Origin: Leucoraja erinacea | Taxonomy: Eukaryota | DNA: 64,000 nucleotides | Assembly (NCBI RefSeq): GCF_028641065.1 | Contig: NC_073404.1 | Location: 16,554,001 to 16,618,000, forward strand | Direction of reading: 5' to 3' | Part shown: positions 38,918-49,640 of the stretch, piece after piece | Layout: each line of letters begins with the position of its first letter | Numbering within the stretch: position 1 is the first letter of the stretch | Position numbers and translations under genes: made by a program | Notes under the pieces: generated by a model | What the model was told of the DNA's origin: nothing | The model's input: only the letters and a program-made list of their open reading frames with translations | Database searches by the model: none

Positions 38918-40671
38918 CAGTGCCATCCATAATGTTTGGGACAAAGACCCATCATTTATTTATTTACCTCTGTACTCCACAATTTGAGATTTGTAATAGA
39001 AAATAAAATCACATGTGGTTAAAGTGCACATTATCAGATTTTAATAAAGGCCATTTTTAGACATTTTGGTTCCACCATGTAGAAATTACAGCAATGTTTA
39101 TACATAGTCCCCCCCATTTCAGGGCATCATAATGTTTGGAATGCAGCAATGTCAAGTAAATGAAAGTAGTCATGTTTAGTATTTTGTTGTATATCCTTTG
39201 CATGCAATGACTGCTTGAAGTTGGCGATTCATAGAAACATAGAAATTAGGTGCAGGAGTAGGCCATTCGGCCCTTCGAGCCTGCACCGCCATTCAATATG
39301 ATCATGACTGATCATCCAACTCAGTATCCTGTACTTGCCTCCTCTCCATACCCCCTGATCCCCTTAGCCACAAGGGCCACATCTAACTCCCTCTTAAATA
39401 TAGCCAATGAACTGGCCTCAACTACCCTCTGTGGCAGAGAGTTCCAGAGATTCACCACTCTCTGTGTGAAAAAAGTTCTTCTCATCTCGGTTTTAAAGGA
39501 TTTCCCCCTTATCCTTAAGCTGTGACCCCTTGTCCTGGACTTCCCTAACATCACCAGTTGCTGGGTGTCTTCTCTGGTGATGCACTGCCAAGCCTGTATT
39601 GCAGTCATCTTTAGTTTATGCTTGTTTTGGGGGCTGGTCAGTTTTCTCTTCAGCATATAAAACACATGCTAAATTGGGTTCAGATCAGGTGATTGACTTG
39701 GCCACTCAAGAATTGACCATTTTTTAGCTTTGAAAAACTCCTTTGTTGCTTTAGAAGTATGTTTGGGATCATTGTCTTACTGTAGAATGAGCCGCCGGCC
39801 AATGAGTTTTGAGGCATTAGTTTGAACTTGAGCAGATAGGATGTGTCTGTACACTTCAGAATTCATTATGTTACTACCGTCAGCAGTTGTACCATCAATG
39901 AAGATAAGTGAGCCAGTACCTTCAGCAGCCACACATGCCCAGGCCATAACACCCCCACCACCGTGTTTCACAGATGAGATGGTATGTTTTGGATCTTGGG
40001 CAGTTCCTTCTCTTCTCCATACTTTGCTCTTGCCATCACTCTGTTATAAGTTAATCTTCATCTCATCTGTCCACAAGACCTTTTTCCAGAACTATGGTTG
40101 CTTTTTTTAAGTACTTCTTGGCAAACTGTAACCTGGCCATCCTATTTTTGCAGCTGACCAGTGGTTTGTATCTTGCAGTGTAGCCTCTGTATTTCTGTTC
40201 ATGAAGTCTTCTGCAGACAATGATCAATGACAAATCCACACCCGACTCCTGAAGGGTGTTTCTGATCTGTTGATCGGGGATTTTTCTTTATTATAGAGAG
40301 AATTATTCTGCCATCAGCTGTGGAGGTCTTCCTTGGCCTGCCAGTCCCTTTGCGATTAGTAAGCTCACCAGTGGTCTCTTTCTTCTTAATTATGTTCCAA
40401 ACAGTTGATTTTGGTAAACCTAAGGTTTGGCTGATGTCTCTAACAGTTTTATTCTTGTGTCTCAGTCTCATAATGGTTTATTTGACTTTCATTGGCACAA
40501 CTTTGGTCCTCATGTTGAAAAACAGCAATAAAAGTTTCCAAAGGTGTTGGAAAGACTAGGTGCTGAGAGCTCTCTTATACCTGCATTAAGGAGGCATTTA
40601 AACACACCTGAGCAATTACAAACACCTGTGAAGCCATGTGTCCCAAACATTATGGTGCCCTGAAATGGGGG
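38918..40671 (-). mobile_element. Tc1-like (IR/DR) DNA transposon with inactivated transposase, in PEX12 intron 1
   Basis: TA + CAGTGCCATCCATAATGTTTGGGAC terminus at 38918; inner repeat at ~39110-39140 and its inverse at ~40640-40671 (outer end lost). ORF pieces: HTH RDISQTLGLPKSTVWNIIKK..GRPRKT; DDE region KHGGGGVMAWAC; AIQAWQCIT. Confidence 0.9.
39229..39553 (-). mobile_element. Young CR1 3' fragment nested inside the Tc1 transposase
   Basis: Near-identical to 21268-21580; causes the chimeric ORF 39321-39665 (Tc1 ...TQQLV fused to CR1 MLGKSRTRGH...). Confidence 0.92.
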
Positions 40672-40888
40672 CTTGTACAGCCCGTCCCCTGCCTCCTATC
40701 CCCATACCCCTACTGACACCGCAGACATCTCTGCCCAAATTATGAGGCATCGATAGGTTCTGACCATCTGCACTATCTATATTCCAGGATGGAAATACTA
40801 AATACTTGAGGGCATAGTTTTTAGGTGAGGGGTGACATCCTATTTCCTCACATATGATAGACACAAATTCTATGATAGACACAAATTC

Positions 40889-41306
40889 TACTCTCTAGAA
40901 TTTAGGAGATTGAGAGGGGATCTTATAGAAACTTACAAAACTCTTAAGGGGTTGGACAGGCTAGATGCAGGAAGATTGTTCCCGATGTTGGGGAAGTCCA
41001 GGACAAGGGGTCACAGCTTAAGGATAAGGGGGACATCCTTTAGAACCGAGATGAGGAGAACTTTTTTCACACATAGAGTGGTGAATCTCTGGAACTCTCT
41101 GCCACAGAGGGTAGTTGAGGCCAGTTCATTGGCTATATTTAAGAGGGAGTTAGATGTGGCCCTTGTGGCCAAGGGGATCAGGGGGTATGGAGAGAAGGCA
41201 GGTACGGGATACTGAGTTGGATGATCAGCCATGATCATATTGAATGGCGGTGCAGGCTCGAAGGGCCGAATGGCCTACTCCTGCACCTAATTTCTATGTT
41301 TCTATG
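40889..41306 (+). mobile_element. Young CR1 3' fragment
   Basis: YSLEFRRLRGDLIETYK...RVVNLWNSLP; TTTCTATGTTTCTATG tail. Confidence 0.92.
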
Positions 41307-41407
41307 TAAAACGCTGTAGCTCAGCGGAACAGGCAGCATCTCTGGGTAGAAAGAATGGGTGACGTTTCGGGTCGAGACCGTTCTTCAGACTATTTCTATT
41401 TCCTCAC

Positions 41408-41536
41408 CTTGCACAAGTGATGCATCGCCGGCCTGACCGCTGACATCAAGGTGTCCTGGGCCACGACCTCGAAGATGGAGAGTCTGCCGGCACTCGCCGA
41501 CAGCTCGGCTGTCAGATGGGCCCCGTGTTCCGCCAT
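41408..41536 (-). CDS. PEX12: PEX12 first coding exon (not in the ORF track)
   Basis: ATG at 41536-41534 in GCAGTCATGG context; [43 protein letters not shown], then AAG|GTGAGG donor. Matches the vertebrate PEX12 N-terminus MAEHGAH...SIFEVVAQD. Confidence 0.96.
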
Positions 41537-41700
41537 GACTGCCCGCCGTCTCCCAGAACAACGCGCCTGCGCACCACGGCCAGCCCGGCTCCCTGGACCT
41601 CAAACATGCGCAACATAAAACACGGACTGACTTCCACTGGAACCGAACCGCCGACTGGATTCCGATGGTTAGACACAAACAAAATGCGGCACTAAACAAG
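41537..41700 (-). promoter_or_regulatory. CpG-rich PEX12 5' UTR / proximal promoter candidate
   Basis: CpG-dense unique sequence directly upstream of the ATG; NRF1-like CATGCGCA at ~41605-41612. The TSS cannot be determined from sequence. Confidence 0.5.
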
Positions 41701-42220
41701 GGTCCCGACCCGAAATGCCACTTATCCATTTTCTCCAGAAACGTTACCTGTGAGTGAGTTACTCCAGCATTTTGTGTCTATCTTTGGCAACAACCAGCAT
41801 CTGCAGACAGTTCCTTTTTATTACTGATTCCAATGCCACTTGAACACAGACTGGATTCTGTTACTAGACACAAAATGCTGGAGTAACTCAGCGGGTCAGG
41901 CAACATCTCTGGAAAAAAGGTTTCGGATCGAGACCTTTCTTCAGACTGAGTCAGGGGGAAAGCAAAACGGAGATAGGTGATACAGAGAGATATAGAACAA
42001 ATGAATGAAATACATGCAAAACGAAACGATGAGCAAGGAAAGGTGGAGCCCCCAATGGCCCATTGTTGGCTGAGGGCAAAGTGATAACGAGTTATACAGG
42101 CAGTGAAACAGTTTAGAACGACAGTGAAACGAATACAATGACTACGGTGGTGGAGGGGCGGAGAGATAGGGAAGGCAAGGGTTACTTGAAGTTAGCAAAA
42201 TCAATATTAAAAACTGGATC
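41700..42220. mobile_element. Penelope-derived repeats (both orientations) directly upstream of PEX12
   Basis: GGGTCCCGACCCGAAATG...CAGCATCTGCAG on the plus strand, and AGACACAAAATGCTGGAGTAACTCAGCGGGTCAGG... in the inverted orientation. Confidence 0.75.
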
Positions 42221-42254
42221 GTGACCGAATTCCAATGGAACTGGATCTCGGACT

Positions 42255-42473
42255 TGGTGAATCTGTGGAATTCTCTCCCGCAGAAGGTAGTTGAGGCCAG
42301 TTCATTGGCTATATTTAAGAGGGAGTTAGATGTGGCCCTTGTGGCTAAAGGGATCGGGGGTATGGAGAGAAGGCAGGTACAGGATACTGAGTTGGATGAT
42401 CAGCCATGGTCATATTGAATGGCGGTGCAGGCTCGAAGGGCCGAATGGCCTACTCCTGCACCTATTTTCTATG
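42255..42473 (+). mobile_element. CR1 3' end
   Basis: VNLWNSLPQKVVEASSLAIFKRELD; TTTTCTATG tail. Confidence 0.88.
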
Positions 42474-44739
42474 CATCCACTAAATGGTATTTACAAGGAA
42501 TACCGAAATAAAAATGAACTCAGAGAGACTCAGCAAGCCAGACATTTTCCGTGGAAAGAAATTAATATTTCAGGCTGTGACATCAGAAAGGACTTTGTTC
42601 TGAAATGTTAACTCTCTCTCTCTCCCTCTCTTTCCACAGCTGCTGCCTGATCTGCTGACAGTTTTACAATGTTTTCTGTTTTAGTTCAATTGTCCAGGGA
42701 TTCTGTAGAAGAGTCTTCCATCTGAAATATTAACTATTTCTCTCACTACGGATGCTGCTGATTTTCTGAGTATTTCTAGTATTCTGTGTTCTCATTTCAT
42801 CTCTGAAGGAATATACACATTTTTACTGCCATTACTGCACAGATATTTTACAATTCAATTGTCACATTGACTGAAGTTCATCTGTCTTTTCAAAATGCTA
42901 CTGAAAATTATTTTGTAGCTTGTCTTAAGTATTGGATCTGCAGACTATTGAAATGTGATCTGAAACACTTGGTTATATTTCATAGCCTTGGACATTGCTG
43001 CAACTCTGTAACAAAGATCACAGTTATATCAGTTAGGTGTAGTTTTTGAATTTCTCTCATTCTTTGTTGCTATTTTGGTTAACTCAGAAATTCTACATGT
43101 ACATTTGAATGTAGATGTTTGCATAATCAACAGCTTTGACTGAATTATTCATCTGGCAGTCTTCACAAAAACATATGCTGTAAGACACGAACCCAAAAGA
43201 TACCAAGATTGCAATGCAAGGCTTAGTTCTTTAGCCAAATGGTATATTTTCTAATAGTCTTCTGGTTCTTTGTCTGAAAGTTGGGACATTTCTAACTATA
43301 ATTTTGATTATAAACAACTTTCAATTTCTGCATAACATCTTTAACAAGATTTCTCATTTGCGTGGTATCATAAAAATTGTCATGGTGCCATATTATTCTG
43401 GCCCAATCAAGAGTATTTCTTTCTTACATTTGCATTTCATGACCATCTTCTTGTTCAGCCTCCTTCAGATGCTTGCACTTATTTTTGCAATGTAGGAGCT
43501 GTTTGGTCCTTGGGCTCAGCCATACATGCTGAGGCTTCCAATACAACCAGTCTCACTGCTATTACACATTGATATGACTAAACTTGATGGCCAGTGATAA
43601 ATCCTCACTGCTGTGCATGCCATTGTGGCTTGCTATGTTTCACCCAAAGGCATTCCACAAATGAAATACAAATTGAAAATCAATATGATGCTACAAATTC
43701 AAGTAAAGCATGTCAAGCTAAAATCATCGGTGTAATGGTTTATTTGTGAGGCAACACTCTAACACTGTTTACAAGTAATGCCAGGATTGGCAACTACTTC
43801 TTCATCTAAAGTATCAACTGAACGGATACCTTAGATGACTGAACCAGAGTGCTGGCATCAACACTCATAGCCTACTATGGCATTGGAGTGTGGAGCCTAT
43901 ATCAGTACAAACCATGAAGATGCCCACAATTGAAACTCATCTTCAATGTTGATTTCTGTTCTGTGCTCAATAACGTTAGTGTTCTTGGGTTTGGAATAAA
44001 AGCATGTACATTTAGAAAGGAGATGAGGATGAATTTCTTTACTGAGCATGTGTCAAATCTGTGGAATTCATTGCCACAGATGGCTGTGGAGGCCAAGTCA
44101 TTGGGCATTATTAAAGCAGAGATGGACAGCTTTTTGATTAGTAAGGGTGTCGGAGGTTACGGGGAGAAGGCAGGTAAATGGGGTTGAGAGGAAAAGATAG
44201 ATCAGTCATGATTGAATATCCGAGTAGACTTGATGGGTTGAATGGCCTAATTTGGCTCTTATGACTTACGGACATCAACTTTAGTAGCATTGCCTAAGAA
44301 CATAAGAAACCGGAACAAGAGTTTGTCCTCTTGAGACTTTAGATTACTGTATGGCTTCAGTTCCACTTTCTAGGCAATACCCTTTAACCATTCACTCAAC
44401 TGTAGACTAAACATGTATTTCTTGGTCTTAAATATATTCACTTAAAGTGACTGCCTCCACAGCTCTCTGGAGTAGAGAATTTCAGATTCACAAATCTGTG
44501 GAAAGATTCCTCCTCCCTAGTTGAAGACCTGATGACTAGAGATGCAAATAAGATAATCCATCTTACGTTTTCTTGGCTATTTTGATTTTTCTTTTTAAGG
44601 ATAGCACTTTTGTTGGATTTTTATCTTGGGCCGCCCAATGTCTCCCCCATATGAGTTAAAAAACGAAATAGGCTGTGGTGCTGAACACTGTTTGAGGGAA
44701 AGAACATACAGAATGCGTGAATTTTGACACAGTCAGTGG

Positions 44740-45190
44740 ATAAGAGGGCTGCTGGATGCGCAGGAAGTCAATTGCGGGTGCAAGTATGCTGGTGATGAAA
44801 GACTGCTCGAGGAGCCAAGTGGCTGCTGGAGATGCAGGGTAGCTGGAAATGTTAAGAAGACTGCTGGAGATGGTGGTGTTGCAGTAAAAGAGGGGGAGGG
44901 GTTGTTGCTGAAGGTATAGAATAGCTGCTGTAAGTTGCAAGAGTGGGTCGGATGGTACAGGCAGCCAGGATATGTAAGGAAACCAGCCAGGACGGCATAC
45001 CGGTTATTGGAGGCGAGGATAGTTGTTGGCGATACATGCAAGCTGGTTGGAGTTAGTGTGGCGGCGGCAAGTTGCTGGTGGCAAAAGCCGTCTTCTGGAG
45101 GCGGAGGATCACTGCTGGAATAGGGATAGGTTACTGGTAGCGATAGCTCGCTGTTGGGGGTGCGAGAATGCTGCTGGAGACGAAGGGAAG
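44740..45190. repeat. Degenerate ~19-21-bp G-rich tandem array with GCTGCTGGAG core
   Basis: Core variants at ~44802, 44822, 44841, 44860; 45003, 45022, 45042; 45071, 45090, 45111, 45130, 45150, 45170. Confidence 0.65.
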
Positions 45191-45700
45191 CGCATAGCGG
45201 CGGGCGAGTGAGTGAGCTCCAGCAAAGATCTTAGAGCAGAGCTCCAGCGCCGTTGCTTGGTCTTGTCCGGTGCCTGCGTCGGTCCCTCCCACTCCGCCGC
45301 CGCCGCCCACTTCCGGCACGGCCTCCCGGGGATCGCTTTGCCCAGGACACCGCCTTCCTCCTGCCCGGCTCCAACACCTTTCTCCGTGTGTCCGGATCCG
45401 GCTTCCACAGGTCGGTGTGGCGTTTCTCAAACCTGCCTGTCTCCCCCGGCTCGGTACCCGCCTTCAGGCCCTAGCTGCCCGGAGGCCTCGCTGTTTCCTG
45501 CCGGGCTCCGCCCAGCTTCGGGCCGGCCGGGTAGATCCCCATTCTCCCCTGGCCGAGTCTTCCTTGCCACCGTTCGGGCAACGTTAGCTCACCCAGTGCG
45601 GCCTATACCCCCCCCCCCCCCCCCCCCCTCCCCCCCCCCCCCCCCTCTATCCTCCCCCCGGGGCAACCGTGCCATCGCTTCGCCTGTGGTGCCAGATTCA
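45150..45700 (+). promoter_or_regulatory. AP2B1: CpG island: probable AP2B1 promoter and non-coding exon 1 (candidate donor at 45410/45411)
   Basis: CpG-dense unique sequence; GC-box-like CCGCCC; ETS motif ACTTCCGG at 45309-45316; CAG|GTCGGT donor. The first coding exon begins with a splice acceptor, so an upstream exon is required. Confidence 0.7.
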
Positions 45701-47149
45701 CCCCCCCACTTCACGTTATTGATGAATAACAACCAGCACATGAATGGCTTTCAACAGTTAATTTGTGGTCAGGATGTCCGAGTGGTGTTGATGCCAACAT
45801 TTATTGTAATTTTAGTGGCGGGGAATCACTTTGCCCCCCATCCTTTATTCTTGGCTGCAGCAAAGGGCTGTAACCCTGAACAGGCTGGTGCGTTGGAGGA
45901 TGCTGAGTTGTCCAGATCACCCTCTGGATCAAAGATACTAGAGGAGCTCCTCTAGGATCTTTTATCTGGATTGCTGGAAGTTTAGGTACCTGGTGTCCTG
46001 TTGGGGGCATGTGTGATACTGGTGTAGTTTCCTGGGTGCATGTCAATTACAGCTGTTGCGAGGTCTTGTGGAAATGTGATGAATGAGCAGAAAAACGGGG
46101 GCCATAAACTATTGCTCAACAGAGTTGATGTGAATACTCTGACGGTAAGAATTGTTTCTTGGGTGTGCAATCTTCAGTGGTGCGATTGCAGGTTGAGATG
46201 CGTGCTTGTGATAGGGCACTGCCGGCTATTGCCATAACATTATTTCATAGTTAAATACGTTGTAGGGATAATTAAACTACTCTTGTTCAAAGTGTGAAAT
46301 AATCTGTGGGTGAAGAGCACCCTTCCCTACAAATACAATCTAGTAGATAAAAGTACTTGGAAATGGTCATTAAGCAAGGGGTTTGTCATCTTCAGGAAAC
46401 TTGCCAATAAGTATGTATTAAAAGCTTTGTGAGGTCTAAAATACACAGAGCTTGCACTATTCCAGTATAATCACTGAGGCACCGGCAAAGCTGAATGAGT
46501 CAATGCCATATTACAATGGTATTTACATCCGCTGCAAGATCAGCTTGCTTTAAACTGTTCAGCTCGCCATAAAGAGGTGATTTCAGCTGCAGAACAACTG
46601 GTTGTTGGTCTTGGCCTTGATGCTGCTGGTGAGAGCCACTGAAAGTAAACTGAGATTAGCAGGGAATCTTTACAAAATTGTATTATACCCAAACTACTAA
46701 CTAAGTCTTCATTTATATTGGCTTGAAGAAATAAGAATGTCTCAAGTACTTCTGTGAGAGTTCAAAAAAACTTAAGATAGAAGATACTTTGAGAAAAATA
46801 GCACTCATTTGAGTTTACTATTTATTTCCTGAACTTGAATTGTAATTCCTTCATTATTGCCTGACCCATGGTGGGATACAGGTGCAATTAAAGGATCAAT
46901 TTGTGTTTAAGTATTGAGAGTTAAATTATTAGTTTTGTGGCATACATCAGTTCTCTTTTTAAAAGAGATGATATTGCAGAAATTTTTAGTACCTTTTTAC
47001 ATAAGCAGTTTTGCATTGATTTTAATTGTAAATTGTCTAGCATATTTAGCCTATTTGGATTATTGAGCAGTTTTTGCAAAAAAAATACTCTTTCATGTGG
47101 TGTGGATGGAAATGTCAGAATTTGTTTACCAATCTCAAAGTCTGCCTGA

Positions 47150-47920
47150 ACTCTGGAGACTGTTATGATTCAGCCACATTGGTGGACCTGGAGTCAAATA
47201 TGGACCACATGAGGTGAGGATGTCAAATTTCCTTCCCTGAAGCACATTAGTGTAGTTTCATGATGTAGGTCATCATTACTGACCATAGATATTAATGCCG
47301 GATCTGTTCAATTACTTGAACTTGAATTCCCCAATTGTCAGATGAGATTTGAACTCTTTCCACTGGTTCAATGGTCGAGAACTCTGACTGCTAGTTCCAT
47401 AACTTAATTACTCAGTTACCATATTTACAAATGTCTTTAATATAAGGAGATAATGCTTCTTATTCTTTTTCTTCAGAAGCCTGCAAATAGAAATATTACC
47501 AGTTGTTTCTTCTTTGTGTTGAATCCTTGAAATGAATTACTGCCTTCAGGTGTAGACCCCTTGTAGGCAGGCCTGGTAGTCAGATTACTGGGCTAGCAAT
47601 CGTAGTTCTGGGCTATTGATCCAGAAACATGAGTTCAATTCCCAGTATGACAGATAGGGTGCTTAACTTCAAATTATTAACTAAATCTGAATTGGGTAAA
47701 AGTAGATTCCTCAATAGTGACAACTGCTTTCCAGTAAAAACCACTTATTTCACTAAGCCCTTTTGTTGAAGGAAAACTGATAACCTCACCTGGACATTTG
47801 TGACTGCAAAACCAAAACTGTTGACGCTAAACTAGCTCTGCAGTTTTGGGGCAATTAAGAGTGGATGACAAATCTAATATTTGCCAGTAACAGCCACATC
47901 ACATGAACCAGTAAGTAAAG
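47150..47920. mobile_element. Two old Deu-SINE/SacSINE1-like copies in opposite orientation (~47150-47420 minus; ~47570-47920 plus)
   Basis: B-box-like GAGTTCAATTCC and Deu-domain-like AAAACCAC..TTCACTAA..CCCTTT..GAAGGAAA; the reverse copy has TTTCCTTCCCTGAAGCACATTAGTG. Family assignment from recall. Confidence 0.5.
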
Positions 47921-49329
47921 AGAAAAGCTGATGATGATATAATGACCTATATGCCAATGAGCTGACTTCATTGGGTGAAGTTAGCCTCTTTTTAGTTGCT
48001 GTAGGGTGTAAACTGGCTATTAGTATTTTCGAGTACTGAAATGTATTTCTCCTTATAGAGGCTCTAGTCTGGATCTTATAGATAGTTAGATAAGCAAATG
48101 CTTGTGAGGGAGCAAATTTCCACTGCACTGTATTGTAGGTGAATCCAGAGGTGCCTTGCAATGGGCCTGATCTTCTACATGCAGTAATAGTAATGAATAA
48201 ACTGAAGGCTAAAGGCTGCAAAGTGAAGTTCAGAGGTGAGTAAGGGATCCACAGAACCAAATGTAGTATTACATCCAAGCAGCATTCATTTTTTTCCCAC
48301 TATCCTCGAAATCAGTGATCATAATAGTAAGCCAGCAAAATTAGTCATATTTACATGTATTGTGACAGTTCTAAGTGAATTCTATCCTCCCTAACCAACT
48401 GAAACATGCAGATTCCAGTTCCCCTTAGTGTTTTTCGAATCTGAAGGAACATTGTTTTGACAGAGTAGTAAAAAAGGGCAGATGCATTAGAGCAAACACA
48501 TAGTAGATTCAAGGAGTAGGCATCAGCCATAAGATGACCTGCTGGGTTCCTACAGCATATTTTTTGCTCTGGTTTCCAGCATCTGCAGACTATTGTATGT
48601 TCAGCATGACATTTAGTTCTGATTCATTGCATAGGCCCAGCATTAGCTTTATGTGTTCTGAAAGGACTCCATCCCTCTGCCATTATCTAGATCTCCTCAA
48701 ACCACCTGGAGTTTTTGATGATTGCAGATCATGTTGGAGCTGCAATCTAGCATCAGAGATCCAGGTTAATTCTGCACTTGTAGTTGAGTTTGAGATTCTA
48801 AAATAGCATACAGAAATGTTAATTGTATTGTGTTTTACCTTACTTAAAATATATAAGTTCCTTCACTGCAAATATTCCATATTTATGTTTGGAATGCAAT
48901 TTGTCTATGAAGCTGCTGATTATTGAAATATATGATGAATTGTCATCATCCTAAGCAGAATAAGCACTCATCCAAAATGCCACATGTTTGTCCTGTTCAA
49001 AGATTTGTATAATATTTTAGCAGATGTTGGCATGGCCTCTCATTCAATTACTAATGCTGGTGGTGTTCTTTTTAAACTTCAATCTTATCTTCTTTTAAAG
49101 AATAGTTTCCACGATCCTTGCATCTCATTTTGCACTATATTCCTGTCTCTTTGTTCCCCACTCAACATGGAAAATAATCTGTTTTAATCTTCTCTTTCCT
49201 CATAACACCTATCAAATTTTGCTCTGATCTTCACTAATCTAGGGATAGCCTTTACACTAGAACTGTTGCTTTGATAAAATCTAGCTGGTTTACCGATGTG
49301 CTTCAATCTTGGGATCTGTCGCACTTATT

Positions 49330-49640
49330 CATACAGCAAGGAACTTACGGCCTATCGAGTCTATGCCCATCATCAACCACCCAATCCCACTTTTTCATTT
49401 CTCCCCCACATTCTCATCATCTCCCTCCAGATTCTACCACTCATCTAAGCAGTAAGAGCAATTTACAGCGGCATGTTAACTTCTTAACCTGCATGCCTTT
49501 GTAGGAGAAAACTGGAGCTTAGGGAGGAAACCCATGTGAGGGAACAGGAAAACGTGCAACCCCCACACAGCACCTGAGGTACGATTGATCCAGGGCCCTG
49601 GTGCTGTGACACAATGGCTTTACTACCTGTGCCACTGTCC
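49330..49640 (-). mobile_element. Old V-SINE-like element
   Basis: GGAGAAAACTGGAGC..GGAGGAAACCCATG is the reverse of the V-domain; ends CTGTGCCAC (reverse A box). Confidence 0.6.

Larger units (their letters stand above)
35146..41536 (-). other. PEX12: PEX12 gene, coding span (3 coding exons, 356 aa peroxisome assembly protein 12)
   Basis: Join 41536-41408, 38846-38302, 35542-35146 = 129+545+397 = 1071 nt; GT-AG introns; phases 0 and 2 are consistent. Head-to-head with AP2B1, as in human. Confidence 0.97.

Noticed and set aside
39321-39665. Apparent novel transposase-RT fusion ORF
   Set aside because: Chance in-frame junction of a CR1 fragment inserted into a dead Tc1; both parts are short and non-catalytic.
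45212-45955. 247-aa Pro-rich ORF
   Set aside because: Product of GC richness and poly-C in the CpG island; it crosses the likely splice donor and has no recognisable homology.
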